From contig OX597838.1 of the NCBI GenBank assembly GCA_951406725.2, positions 1,860,001 through 1,924,000 on the forward strand: a stretch of 64,000 nt of DNA, given 5' to 3'. The DNA is from Octopus vulgaris (taxonomy: Eukaryota). The first letter of the stretch is position 1. Each line of letters starts with the position of its first letter. Shown piece by piece: positions 12,547 through 26,868 of this stretch. The notes below the pieces were generated by a model. The model searched no databases, had not been told where the DNA came from, and saw only the letters and a list, made by a program, of their open reading frames with translations. Position numbers and translations under genes: made by a program.

Positions 12547-13525
12547 CTAAAAGAACCATAAATGTTCAATAATATTGAGATCTGGGGAATGTGGTGGCCA
12601 AATAAAATGTTCAACTTCACTAGAATGTTCCTCGTGCCATCCAGTAACAACTTTAGCTATGTGAATTGGTGCATTATCATCCTGAAAGATTGCATTTCCC
12701 TCCGGAAACAGTTCCGCAACCATAGGATGAATTTGATCAGATAAAATGCTTAAATAGTCTTCACTATTAGGCCGGCGGATGTCCAAGATATAGCCCCCCC
12801 ACCAGTCCAACATAGATCTTCCTCCATGTTTAACAGTTAGAAGAAGGCAGTGGGTCTCCACACATGTGCACGGTCGGTAGTCGGAAATAAGGTAAAGGAT
12901 GACTCGTCCGAGAACCTGACATTCTTCCACTGCTCTAGGGACCAATTCTGTTGGTTTTTACTCCACTCTAAACGCTTTGAAACGTTTATTTTTGAAAGTA
13001 GTGGTTTTTTGATTGAAGTCCTCCCGTGAAATCCGGCTTTGTGCATCTCCCGGTGAAAGAGTTTTATGGAAACTGGGTTCTCGAGGTGGTCATTAAGCTC
13101 CATAGTAATCTTGGGCGCTGTACTTTTGTGATCTTTTCTAACAATTCGCGTATGAGTCCGACGGTCCCTATCTGAAAGTTTTGGTTTTCTTCCAGAGTTT
13201 TGTTTCGACGAGTAGGATTTTCCCTCTTTCTCAAAGGCCGTCATTACTTTTGAGACAGTACTTCTTTATACACGAAACATTTTAGCCTTTTTTCCTTACG
13301 CTAGTGCCTATCATAGGAACACCTACAATTTGACCTCTTTGAAAGTCGGATAGATCTGTCATTTTAATGAATTTTAATGACCTTTTTCTGATGATATCTG
13401 AAAAGAAACAGCAAATTTAGCAAAACATATTAAGCATCACTAATAATAAATAAGCTTTTGAGGGTTTTATAGATATTTCAAAATTATGCTATGATGTTAG
13501 GTGTTTCCATTATTTTGTCCAACCC

Positions 13526-13528
<3 letters not shown>
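12547..13528 (-). mobile_element. Tc1-like transposon, 3'-truncated, frameshifted transposase with DD36E spacing
   Basis: TIR TA-CAGGGGTTGGACAAAATAATGGAAACAC ending 13528; start MTDLSDFQRGQIVG at 13362; motifs SGRKPKL, FSDESSF, TVKHGG, FQDDNAPIH, WPPHSPDLNIIEHLW. Confidence 0.93.
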
Positions 13529-13572
<44 letters not shown>

Positions 13573-15596
13573 CACACACATACATATAGATGCATATATA
13601 TATATATATAAAGAGAGAGAGAGAGATACACAGATATCTATCTATATATCTATCTATCTATATATATATATCTATCTATCTATCTATATATATGTGTGTG
13701 TGTGTGTGTGTGTAAGTGTGTGTGTGCGTGTATGTATACACACACACCGTTGAACAGATATTCTCACGTATGAAGCCACAAAACACACACACATATATGT
13801 ATTTTTACACATAAAGAAAAGTTTGTCTGTGAGTTCGAAGTTTCAGCTCATTTCCTGTCGTCTAAGGATAGCAAGTGATCCGTAACTTCGAAATCTCTGT
13901 CAACCATTTTGTCGTAAAACTAAATAAATATGTTCATCAATGGAAAATATAGAACGAACCTTTCATGTTCATCTCTTTTTATCGACAACTTTAACAGAAA
14001 TAGAAAACTAACACACACACACAGACACACACATATACACACACGTACCCCCCACACATATATACACACATACCGCCTCACACATATGTACGCATTTTAT
14101 GGGTGTGAGGGAGCTCTATGGAAACACTATTTTATAGAAACTTTAATGAAATAATGAAAGGCTGTCTCATAAAATATTTTAAATAATTTATTATATTCAC
14201 ACCCCGATAAAACACACACACACACACACTCACACGCATACACACACATACATACACACACACACACACACAAGCAAACGCAAACACACACACACACACA
14301 CACTCACACGCATACACACACATACATACACACACACACACAAGCAAACGCAAACACGCACACACACACACACACACACAATTATTCCAGCACAAAAGAA
14401 AATTTTTCGTAAATACATAACCGTTATTAAACTGATTTATAAAACTCCTTTGAAAGTTCATATTTTCCCCATTCACGGTTCTCAAGTTTCATGTTTGCCT
14501 TATTCTTCGATAAGATTCTTTCGTAAATCACCAAAAATATTTCCAACAGTTCCTCACCCATTGAGTCCACTATCACATAAAATTCTCGACTTCTTTGGTC
14601 AATGGATAAAGCCACGTTGAAATCACGTCTGTCCAACGTGATTTTCTTAATTGCAGTAATTCTTCTCTCTCTGCTACTTTTCGTCTTTTATTCTCATTCA
14701 TACGACAAAAGCATGAATTTGCATATTTTCTTGTGTTCTAAAGAATTTTATAGAAAGGGCCATCTTTGAAAATGGCGTATTTGGCGAAGTGTCGTTTTGT
14801 GGCTGAATAATTTGTCGGTCGGATCGGTGCGGCAGGGAAATATATATTGTTCCTTTAAAAGCTATTGCGACAGACAGCTTTCTCTTTTACACACACACAC
14901 ACCCACCCACCCACACACACACACACACACAGACACACACTCATATACACACACAGAAACACACACATTTCTTTTGAGTAATGTTACTCTTAATTATTGC
15001 AAATCACATAATGTAAACCAATAAGCAGCCATCTCTGTCTGTCTGTCTGTCTCTCACTCTCTACCTATATATATGTATGTATATGCTTGTGTGTGTGTTT
15101 GTGTGTGATGAATAAAGACTATCCAATTTTAACAGTAAAAGTGATGAATGGTGTTCATTTTTTTTATAAGAAAAAGTGTTGTTAGTGACTTCAAAGTTCT
15201 GCTTTCGTTTACTTGAACAGATATCTTGTGTGCTTACATACACAAACACACACATACACACTTATATTCATGCACACACATATAATAACAAACAAAAACA
15301 AGGTTGACGTTAAATGATCATACACGGGTTTCAGCAATATGCCGTGATAATTACACAACCATTTACAAACATTAGGTATCTAAGCAAAACACCTCATCAG
15401 TGTTCCGCAAAAGATGCAAAACGTTTAATACAAAACATCAAATACCTATTTTCTGCGTATCATTATTTCTATTTCTTGGCCCCTACTCCTCGCAGTATCC
15501 TGAGGTTAATGCTGCGGGTCGTACTACACTGGATCAGATTGTGGAACCCAGGACTGAGTTCGATCGTTGATTATGTGTCACACTCCACAATACCTT

Positions 15597-15641
<45 letters not shown>

Positions 15642-15766
15642 GACATACATACACAGAAACACACACCCTGACACACACAAACATGCACTAACCACCCCGT
15701 CTATTTACATACACACACATATATATTTATATATACATATATACACAAATATATATATATATGTAA

Positions 15767-16002
15767 GGGTGGCGAGTGGCGAACTGGTAGAATCGTTAGC
15801 ACGTTGGGCGAAATGCTTAGCGGTATTTCCTCTGTCTTTACGTTCTGAGTTCAAATTCCGCCGAGGTCGTCTTTGCCTTTCATCCTTTCGGGGTCGATTA
15901 AATAAGTACCAGTTATGCACTGTGGTCGATGTAATCAACTTAATCCCTTTGTCTGTACTTGTTTGTCCACTCTATGTTTAGCCCCTTGTGGACAGTAAAG
16001 AA

Positions 16003-16005
<3 letters not shown>
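15767..16005 (+). mobile_element. tRNA-like SINE family A, full length
   Basis: Head ggcgaactggtagaatcgttagc, B-box gagttcaaattcc, core gcctttcatcctttcggggtcga, tail tttagccccttgtgg..taaagaaata; many copies in the window. Confidence 0.9.
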
Positions 16006-16063
<58 letters not shown>

Positions 16064-17244
16064 CTTACGTACAGCTAAACACACTCTCACACACAGAAAC
16101 ATGACAATATAACAAAGACATACAGACAGACGCTGTTGCACTGATATATAAAGTACAGGACACACACATACACACATACACACATACACACACATACACA
16201 TACACGCATATACACACATACTAAGTCGACTGCTGCAATATTTACTAAGTGAAATCCCTGATCTGTGTTTATTTATTTAACAGGGTACTGCAGGTGTACC
16301 CGGCCCTCCTCCCACACACACATATTCTCACGCACACACACACAATAAACACAAACATATATACATAAACATCAACGCATGCAGTTATACACACATTTCC
16401 ACCTTTAGCCACAGACGCATATACACACCTTCACACTTGTATACACACACCTGTTCACACACCGAAAGCTCATTGAAATCCTTTGTTAAATGTTGACTTA
16501 ACATTGAATAGTAGTAAGTCATATATACACCCATGTGTAGACACATACACTCGGCTGTATATACACACATCTACGCACTCAGCTGTATATAAACACACCT
16601 CCACAGATCGATATCGTCTTCCACTGAGGTCTATGCCTACACGTACACAACTACATTCACATACCTATACATACACACGTCTAATTACACACATAAACAT
16701 ATACACAGAGTTACGTCACATATTCAAGCATAGACACAAAATAAATCCTTTTCAGGATTATCTCTCCTGGATAATCTCTCTTCTGTTAATACTGATTAAA
16801 TGTCGAAGTGAGTTGTGGAAGCAAACAGGAATTAAAGAAAATCTAAGAATCTAAAAGATTGGATCCTGGATGCTTTCTCTGTTGGAAGGTTCTCTTAGAG
16901 AAACGAACCATTACCGTTACCGTTACCATTGTAGAATTGGGTACGAGAGATGATATAAGGGGAGATGGCAAATGAGAGAATGAGAGGGAAGGAGGGAGAG
17001 AAAGAGAAGAAGATGGACAGGGAGGGAGAGAGAAAAAGAGGAAGGCAGCGACAATATACAGGTGGCTTCTGTGTGTGTTTATGTGTGTGTACGTCAGTCT
17101 GTGTATGTATGCTTCCAGATATATATGTATATATGTGTATATAAGCATATACATGTGAGATGGAGAAAGAGAGAGAGAGAGAAAGAGAGAGAGAGCGAAA
17201 GTGCGTGTGTGTGTGTGTGTGTGTGAATAGGAGAGGAAGCTATG

Positions 17245-17315
17245 TCATAAGCGCCATCTTTATAACCAACCTCCGACGTCATGTGACGTCATCACTGTTA
17301 TTTCCGGTGAAATTA
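17245..17315. promoter_or_regulatory. Candidate enhancer/promoter module (YY1, CRE, ETS)
   Basis: CGCCATCTT 17252-60; CGACGTCA plus perfect TGACGTCA 17284-91 overlapping CATGTG; ATTTCCGGT 17300-08; a unique island between microsatellites. Confidence 0.45.
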
Positions 17316-17815
17316 TGATTTATATAACGATGTCTAAATAATAATATTAGGTGTGTGCGTGCATGTGTGTGTGTGTGTGTGCGTGTGTGTGCGTCTGTGT
17401 GTGTGAATGTGCGTATGTGTGCGTGTGTGTTTGTTTTGTGCCAGCGTGTATGTATGAATGTGTGTGCGTATGTGTCCTTGTACATAAAAATATGAGTATA
17501 TGTATGTGTGTGTGTATGAATGTATGTCTATGTGTGTAAATAATGACGTAATACATTATGCATCAGTGTATGTGTATATACATGTGTGTATACGTGTTGT
17601 TCGCAAGCGCGCGACATCTGGAGATTTTGGGTTCGAACCCGCTGATTTGCAACTCGCATAAATTGATTCTACCTCAGCCACTTAAAATACAATTCAATAA
17701 GTAAATTTACCCGAGTCATAACTCATCGTCGAAAGCGATGAAGGATCTATTCATGCTTGTTTGGCCAAATGGTTGTATAGTTTTATGTGCAATTCATTCG
17801 TGTGCGTGTGTGTGT

Positions 17816-17856
<41 letters not shown>

Positions 17857-18237
17857 CATACGCCGTACTTCTTTCAGTTTCGTCTACTAAATTCCTCCAC
17901 AGGGCTTTGGCCAGCATGGTAGAAGAAATTTGTCCAAGAAGTCACGGAGTGGGAATGAACCCGGAAACAAACCTCTTACTACCTAGCTACCCTGACATAC
18001 ACATAATACATACATACATACATACATACATACATACATACATACATACATACATACATACATACATACATACATTCATATATAGCTACCCTGCACCTAT
18101 ACATACATACATACATACATACATACATACATACATACATACATACATACATACATGCATACATACATACATATATAAATACATACATACATACATACAT
18201 ACATACATGCATGCATACATGCATGCATGCATGCATG

Positions 18238-18271
<34 letters not shown>

Positions 18272-18339
18272 TGAAGTGGGTGTATGCATATATATGGACA
18301 CGTATGTATGTATGCATTATGTATGTATTTTAGTGCTTG

Positions 18340-18445
18340 TGTTTGCCCCCACCACCACCGCTTGATGACCGATGTTGACGTGTCTCCATACACGTAACTT
18401 AGCAGTTCAGCAAAAGAGGTCGATACAATGGGTATCAAGCTCAAG
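18340..18445 (+). mobile_element. SINE family C 3'-half fragment
   Basis: ccaccgcttgatgaccgatgttg..gtaacttagcagttcagcaaaagag matches other family C copies. Confidence 0.7.
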
Positions 18446-18454
18446 GAAAGAACT

Positions 18455-18797
18455 AATCGGACACAGAAGATACTGCAATAGCCTAGGGTTCAAAGACCCA
18501 CAGCCCTTCAATGCCCAGCCACAAAAAAAAGAAGAAATCTACTTAATGTGGACGTAGATGTCTTTAAAAATGGAACTTGACATTTTCCTCTCCACAATAC
18601 CAACGGTCCGACATGAGGTACAGATGAGGGCAGCAGACTCCCTCATATACCAAATGGGCCAACAGCTCGGACGAAGGTACGTACGGGAGTGGTGGTGAGA
18701 GGCAACGTCAAATCCAGCCTGAGGAATTCAACATAATCACGGTGGTGCGCCGCCAGAATGACCGCAGTTGCATGGATGAAACGAATAAAAGAATAAA

Positions 18798-18800
<3 letters not shown>
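18455..18800 (+). mobile_element. CR1/L2-group LINE 3' end (RT C-terminus plus tail)
   Basis: Frameshifted RYCNSLGFKDPQPFN..RNLLNVDVDVFK/MELDIFLSTIP..QMRAADSLIYQ; tail ggtggtgc..cagaatgaccgcag..tgaaacgaataaaagaataaaa. Confidence 0.7.
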
Positions 18801-18859
<59 letters not shown>

Positions 18860-20169
18860 GTATATATATATGTATATATATGTATATATGTATATATATG
18901 TATATGTATATATATATATAAGTATATATATATATATAATATATATATGTACCTATATACACACATATGTGTGTATATAAGTGTGTATGCGTGCGTATGC
19001 GCGTTTGTAAAGGAGAGAGAGAGAAAGAAAGAGAAAGAGAGAGGGAGGAAGAGAAAGAGTGAGAGAGAGAAAAAGAGAGAGAGAGAGAGAGAGATTATTA
19101 CTTCCTCCTCCACTACATGTGGAGGAGGAAGCAATAATCATCAATATGGCGTCGTAGATATTTTATAAAATGTCATAAAATATGAGCGGGGCGAGGAATT
19201 ACAGATGAAAGTCCGTTTCATTGGCGGACATTATTTATAGAAGCTATTTCCTCTCAATGAGAAAACGGGAGGCTTCATTGTAAATAATGGGAAAGGAGCC
19301 AAGAGGTCGGAAGTTCGTACTCTGACCAAGGCAGCTGTGTTAGCTTTGGGATTAATAGAGTTAGTTCATAATATCGCAGTTCACCTAGTTGCAAATAGGT
19401 AGCATTTGGTAGTACCATTCCAAATTGTAGATAGTGGGAGCACTTTAGAATTTACGAGTGATTCATGGGAGTCATTGCGGAGTTTAATTACTGCCCTATG
19501 AAAATGAATATCAACCTCATCGACCTATCCAGGAAGATATTGCTCACTCGTCACATTAAAACTACTGAAAAAAAATTGGAGGACGGGTTTCTGGGGTCAC
19601 GCGAATGTGGGTCTTTGTGTTCGTTTATGAAGGAATTAAGAGGCATAGGGATGCAGTAGGGGCGGTCAGGTTTGGAAAGGTCTCTGGACATCTGCGAGAC
19701 GAAGAGGTATTATATTCAGACCAAGAATATCTCCTACAGAATGGACACAGCTAAAGATGTCCAACGAGCGGTGGTGTTTATGCAAGTAATGATTTAAGCC
19801 TATGACACAAGAACAGAAACGTTCCCTCCCTGGGATTTCCGTTTACCACATTTCACTTCAAAAAGTTTTGCTTCGCTCAAAGCTGTCCGATGTGCCGTGC
19901 GGTGGCAAATCGAACTCCTTTCCCACACAACCACATTTACGTCCATATTGTCGTTGGCTACTCCAGGGCCAACCTCTGGTAGATTACACTCTAAGATGAA
20001 AAGCGTTCCACTCATGAACATCCCGTCTTTCTTTCAGCAGAACTATTGTATCCAATATGGCGTCCTTCTTGGCCGCGAGGTTTGAATTTAGAAAGATTTG
20101 CATGTTATTTCAGGCAGATAGAGTCTACTATGTACACACAGACACACAGATTCAGACACGCACACACAG

Positions 20170-20200
<31 letters not shown>

Positions 20201-21762
20201 GACGCACATACACACACAGATAATACATTCACATACACACACCCATGCACACACACATATATATGTATAGTCTGGTTATACATTAGATAGAGAATTTGTT
20301 AAATATAGACATATCACATATGGAGTGTGGTTTATATAAAAAAAACCTGTTACGTATACACACGTTACATATAGTCCGGCTTCTATAGACACATATTACG
20401 TATAGAATCTACACTATACGTATTATATGCATGGATATAATTGCTGTGGTGATTAGCTGCATTAAATATATAAAAATTTTAACATCCCCATCTCCATCTC
20501 TAGGCATGGAATGAAATCCTACTTAATGGTTGTTCCAAGTTCCTCTGGGTGGATTTATTAAAAGGAAGATGGCGAATGAATGGTCTCTCCGTTGGGTCCT
20601 AATGTTGCTAATTTTTTATGCGCAGCGTAGAAAACAAGTCAAAAAAATATATAACGGCAAATATGTCTCACATACACTTGCATATGTATACACACGCACA
20701 CATATAAATGTATTTACAAATATCCATATACATAGACACATATACACTCATGTATATATATATATATATATATATATACATACATATATAAATATATATA
20801 AATATATATATGTATATATATATATATCATACATATATAAATATATATAAATATATATATGTATATATGTATATGTATATATATATGTATGTGTATATAT
20901 ATGTATATATGTGTGTGTATGTATATATGTATATATGTATATATTTGTGTGTATGTATGTATGTATGTATGTATGTATGTATGTATGTATGTATGTGTGT
21001 ATGTATATTCGTCCAAAGATGGGAAGAATTACTGAGACCAGGTGGGAGCCATTAAGATACAGCGCTGTAGAGAAATGTACGTTTTGTCCAAGATCTAAGT
21101 CAACCAATGAATTCCCTCGCTGCTAGTTATCCATCACCCTCCCCCCCATTATTATCTCTGCCATCAGCAGCAGCATCTCCACCACCACCACCACCACCAA
21201 CACAACCACCACCACCACCACCATTGCACCCACCACTTCCACCACCATCACAACCAGTAATACAATCAACACCATTGACAACAACTAATATTCTAGTATT
21301 TATATAGTAAATACATTAACAATTATATTTATTACAATACCGAGTCGCTGTTGTGTAGAGAGATAGAAGAGTCCCTCATAAAATCGCTGTTTCGGAAAAG
21401 CCTGTTTAAAAACGTTGTAAAGCGAGCAAATTGAAAGAGGAAATTTCTTAAATCTATGCAAATATTATTCAACGAAAGAAATATCAATATACTTCTCGAT
21501 AATATTATTGTACTATTTGAGCAAAGTACCAATAACATGAATTCTTCACACCAATGCTCCGATATAAAAAGACCAGAAAGAAACCCCCCCTCCCACACAC
21601 CCGTATGGACACAGCTTCTGGTATATTACTCTACGTGAAAACACTTTGACAGCCACAAATTTATGAAAAGGTTTGGGAGGTGTTTAGAAGTAATAATGAC
21701 CACGTCTGATAACAGAACAGGACAAGCTCTCAATGATATTCCATAGGAGACACATAGGATAC

Positions 21763-21815
<53 letters not shown>

Positions 21816-22492
21816 CATATATAAAATATTGCGTGGGGATGCAATATGATATGCATCAAGAGATATAACATATGTGATATGATATTGTGATCGCATACAG
21901 CGATATACATATTGAATGTTATAATATTATGTGATATCATAGATCAATAAACACCCAATGATATTATTACACACACGCGCGCGCGCGTGTGCGAAGCATT
22001 GTAAAATAGAAATACTGAGTAGAGAGAATAAATTGAGTGTTTGGATAAAGAGAAGAGAATGGTGAGGAGAGGTCATGGATGAGATGAAGAGCGGTGGTGA
22101 AGAAACGGCTTTGATGTATCCATTGATTGATCCATCAATTAGTAATTGATTACGGGTTAATATAAATCAGAAGTGAAATACAGTCAACGCCTGTGTTGGT
22201 TTCGCCCAGATGACCTTCCCAAAATACAAAAAACATCTGTTTAAAGATACGACTTCACTTCAAGAAATTAAAAAAGACCCCTGCGAACAACGTGTATGCA
22301 TGTGTGAGTGTGTTTGTGTGTGTGTATGTGTGTGTGTGTGTGTGTGTGTTGTGTGTACATATATACAAGCATACACACACACAAATACATATTTAAATAT
22401 AGTTTTAAACCTGTAGAAATGCAGGGATCGTCTTTTAATGCTGTTGCATCTCCTGATTTATTCCCTCATATTTTCATGCCTAGAGAATATTC

Positions 22493-22722
22493 ATTTCTTT
22501 ACTACCCACAAGGGGCTAAACATAGAGGGGACGAACAAGGACAGACAAAGGGATTAAGTCAATTACATCGACCCCAGTGCGAAACTGGTACTTTATTCAT
22601 CGACCCCGAAAGGATGAAAGGCAAAGTCGACCTCGGCGGAATTTGAACTCAGAACGTAGCGGCAGGCGAAATACCGCTAAGCATTTCGTCCGGCGCGCTA
22701 ACGTTTCTCCCAGCTCGCCGAC
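22493..22722 (-). mobile_element. SINE family A, full length with TSD
   Basis: Reverse copy of 15767-16005; atgcctagagaa at 22476-87 and 22725-36. Confidence 0.92.
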
Positions 22723-22782
22723 TTATGCCTAGAGAAATATTGTGGTTGTTTTATGGTAAAGTGAATTTATGCCTTGACTGAA

Positions 22783-23100
22783 GGCACGTGGCTTACGACT
22801 AAGGGTATTCGATTCACGATCTTAAGGTCCTGAGTTCGATTCCCGGCGGCGCGTTGTGTCCTTGGGCAAGACATTTTATTTCACGTTGCTCCAGTTCACT
22901 CAGCTGGCAAAAGTGAGTTGTACCTGGAATTCAAATGGCCAGCTTTGTCACACACAGTGTCACACTGAATCTCCCTGAGAACTCCGTTAACGGTACACCT
23001 GTCTGTGGAGTACTCAGCCACTTGCACTTCAATTTCACAAAAAGGTTTTTCCATTGATCGGATCAACTGGAACACTCGTCGTCGTAACCGACAGGCTGCC
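22783..23100 (+). mobile_element. tRNA-derived SINE family B (CORE-like gtgtccttgggcaagac)
   Basis: tRNA-like head with gagttcgattcc, then tttatttcacgttgctccagttcactcagctg shared with 59526 and 60294. Confidence 0.8.
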
Positions 23101-23480
23101 TACCCAGTAAGTTGTTATCAACAGAACGGGTGGGATATGATAGACACTCAATATCTGGCGGAGTTATTTAAAAAGAGAAAACTATATAACCGTCGTTTTA
23201 TATAAAACCACATCCGTAAATTGTTCTCGGATGTTATAACGGATGTTATCGTAAATATGGCGTGAATAATCGTTCAACGGAATAGAAAGCGATTTATAAT
23301 AATATTGGAAAAGAGCAGGAACAACTGAGAATTGGTTTAGCAAGAATTTTTATCTGAAGCCATTTATTGAAGCCAGCTTTGTTATATTTGGGAAGGGCTA
23401 TAATGAATGAAGCCTTTAAGCGTGCCGGTTGTTGCTTGTATATATTTCATTTCTATTTTTTCCCCAAACTGTTGATGCTT

Positions 23481-23765
23481 GTTTCTTTCAGTTTCCGTCT
23501 ACCAAATCCATTCACAAAGCTTTGGTCGACTCGAGACTATACTAGAAGACACCTGCCGAAGTGAGACTGACCCCGGAACCATGAGGTTGGGAAGCAAGCT
23601 ACTTACCTATTTCTTTATTACCCACAAGGGGCTAAACACAGAGGGGACAAACAAAGCTTTGGTCGACTCGAGACTATACTAGAAGACACCTGCCGAAGTG
23701 AGACTGACCCCGGAACCATGAGGTTGGGAAGCAAGCTACTTACCACACACCCAGGGCCTGCGCCT
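23481..23765 (-). mobile_element. SINE family C head interrupted by a 43-bp SINE A tail with a 94-bp duplication
   Basis: 23514-23607 is identical to 23651-23744; insert 23608-23650 is tatttctttattacccacaaggggctaaacacagaggggacaa. Confidence 0.9.
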
Positions 23766-23835
23766 ATATATATACATATATGTGTAAGAAAAAAGATGAC
23801 ACAAGAAAAACAATGATTATATTATGAACTTCATT

Positions 23836-23916
23836 GGCTTAAAGCTGTTTCTGCGATAGGATGCAGTGCACTCTTAGTTGAGTACCTGAATAACATCGTA
23901 TAGCTTCATCAGAGTC
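23836..23916 (-). ncRNA. Degenerate hammerhead motif with long stem II
   Basis: Minus strand: gact-CTGATGA-a gctatacgatg...catcctatcgc a-GAAA-cagctt-TA-agcc. Several mismatches; unit ends at (TA)n near 23765-23780. Confidence 0.6.
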
Positions 23917-24230
23917 TCGAATATGAAGTGCAATTTATTCTGGAGGAAAAGAATTATATTTCTGCAACATACAGGGAAGGCATTACAAGTGAGAAAATGT
24001 AAACACACACACACACACAGACGCCCCCCCCACACGCCCTCCCCATTCCTGCCAATATGTATGCCATGCTATTTTATCTGCTGTCCTTATGTTTCAACCA
24101 CCAATAAATATCTTTTACTACATTATGGCTCCAGACATCAATTCATTTCATTTTTATCAAGCGAGCGATTTGCTAACATATTTTTCACATTACCATACAC
24201 ACTATACTATACACACACACCTATACATAA

Positions 24231-24264
<34 letters not shown>

Positions 24265-24281
24265 CATACATACATACATGC

Positions 24282-24364
<83 letters not shown>

Positions 24365-24365
24365 G

Positions 24366-24413
<48 letters not shown>

Positions 24414-24451
24414 TAAATGAATCTGTATATGCATAGAGGTGTATATATATA

Positions 24452-24511
<60 letters not shown>

Positions 24512-25131
24512 GAGAGAAGGTGTAAAGTGTTATATATCCTGCAGGGCTATACCAGTAAAAATAGTATCGAGATATTTTAGTTTGTCAGTTTTGGAAATTG
24601 GTTAAAATATTGGAATTGATGGTGGTGGTCTTGGTAGGGATGGTCTTGGTTCGCGTAATACTTGTAGCGATTGTGTGCGGCGGTGACGGCGATGAGAATG
24701 ATGATGGTGGTGGTGGTGGTGGTGGTGGTGGTGGTAATGACGATGACGGTGGTGACGGTGGTGACGTTGATGCCGGCATTTACAGTGATGATGGTTGCGG
24801 TGCTAAAGGTGGTGGTGGTGGTGGTGGTGGTGGTGGTGGTAGTTGTGTTGACAAAGTGACGGTCTGGGTTGTGGTGGTATTAGAGGTGAAGGTGGTGGAG
24901 GTGGTGGGGGGGGGAGCGAAGATGAGATGTGGGAAACAAAAAGAACCTAGAACTTCTCCAGCCCTCTCTCCCTCCCTTTTTTTCCATTTATTATTGCTAC
25001 AGGGTGTATAATTTATAGTATATTTCAAGAATATATATTGTAGCAGCTTTATAGTGTTACCGGGAGGAATGCTCGACACTGATTACGAACACGCCTAATA
25101 ATATACACGCACACATAAATACACGTACACA

Positions 25132-25165
<34 letters not shown>

Positions 25166-25424
25166 TGCAACCACTAGTCTATATCCAGGCATACTTATCT
25201 ATGTGTGTGAGTATATATATATTTATACATTTGTAAATATGGATATATATATATATATATATATATACGCTTGTGCAGTCATATAACGTATTTCATATAA
25301 CACAGAATCATGCATACCTGCCTACGTACATTTATTCATACATACATACATACATACATACATACATACATACATACATACATACATACATACATACATA
25401 CAAACAAACGTCCGTGCGCACGTA

Positions 25425-25466
<42 letters not shown>

Positions 25467-25826
25467 AAATAAAGCTAAGGATACAAAGAATTAAACAGAG
25501 CTCACAGTAAGCTCTTTGCTTGGTGCATGGCTATCAAGAAAGACTTTGGATAAGATTAGGATGTGAGCTCAGCTTTGATTTGAAAACCCAGAAATCGCAA
25601 CGAAAGAGAGTACGTATAACAATTGACCAGCTAAGAGAAGTGGAGTGAGAGATATAGATGTTTATTCCCTTAGTTGACAGTTGTTTCGTAATCAATGTTA
25701 GATACATAATTGACCTTCCATCATTCGTTGCACACATATATAAATAAATGTATATATAAATAAATGCATATATAAATAAATGTTTATATAAATAAATGTA
25801 TATATAAATAAATGTATATATAAATA

Positions 25827-25869
<43 letters not shown>

Positions 25870-26029
25870 GTATATATATATATATATATATATATTTGTG
25901 CTGTACTTTAACGAACAAACTATTCATCAGAAACATTTCATGGTAGGTTAAATCATTAACTTATGTATGTATGTATGTATGTATGTATGTATGTATGTAT
26001 GTATGTATGTATGTATGTATGTATGTATG

Positions 26030-26868
26030 TTGGGTCATCCCATAAATAATGCGTTTTTTTCCAATTGCATCGATTAAAAGTTGGAGGTGAATGGGATAAA
26101 CTACCTGCATCAATTTGCTTTAAAAGCAGGTAGTAATTTTACCTTGCTCTTCTTCTTAGTGCAAGTTTTGAAGAGTGCAGTTCGTGTTTAACAGTTATTT
26201 CTCAAAGCTATTATAGAAGTGACAAAGGATCATATTCGGCATATTTTGCTTTATGAGTTCAAGAAAGGTACCAACGCGGGGAATATTAATGCAGTATATG
26301 GTGATTGGACAATAAGCGTAAGCCAGTGTCAATGGTGACTACAGAAATTCAGAGCCGGAAACTACAGCCTAGAAGACGAGCCTCGTCCTGGAAGATCAAT
26401 AGAGCTCGACGAGGACGTCCTACAAACCCTGCTGGAGCAAATTCCCATGTTAACTGTTGAGGAACTAGCAGACAATCTTGGATTTGGTCATTCTACCATT
26501 CATCGAGACCTGCGTGCCATCGGAAAAGTCAGCAAATTAGGTGAATGGGTTCTTCAAAACCTTTCCGAGTGTAATTCTCGGCCACATACAGCGAGGATGA
26601 CATTCCAAAGGTTGGAGCGGTTTGAATGGGAAGCGATGCCCCACCCACCATATTCGCCAGAATATCATTTATTCAGAAGTCTTCAAAATCATTTTAACTG
26701 AAAAAAATATGAATTCTGAGGCGAATTTTGGAAGAGGGGCCTTGCAAGAGCATTGTAGAAAATGAAGGAGGGTATGTTTTAGATTAACAGAATAAAAAAA
26801 CTTTATTTATCTTAATTATGAAAAACAAAAGAAGTATTTAAAAATCCACATTATTTATGGGAAGACCC

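Noticed and set aside
19200-19720. Possible Penelope GIY-YIG remnant on the minus strand (IYNLE..KC..GE; RFLIERK)
   Set aside because: Needs several frameshifts and no HHR was found; too weak to call.
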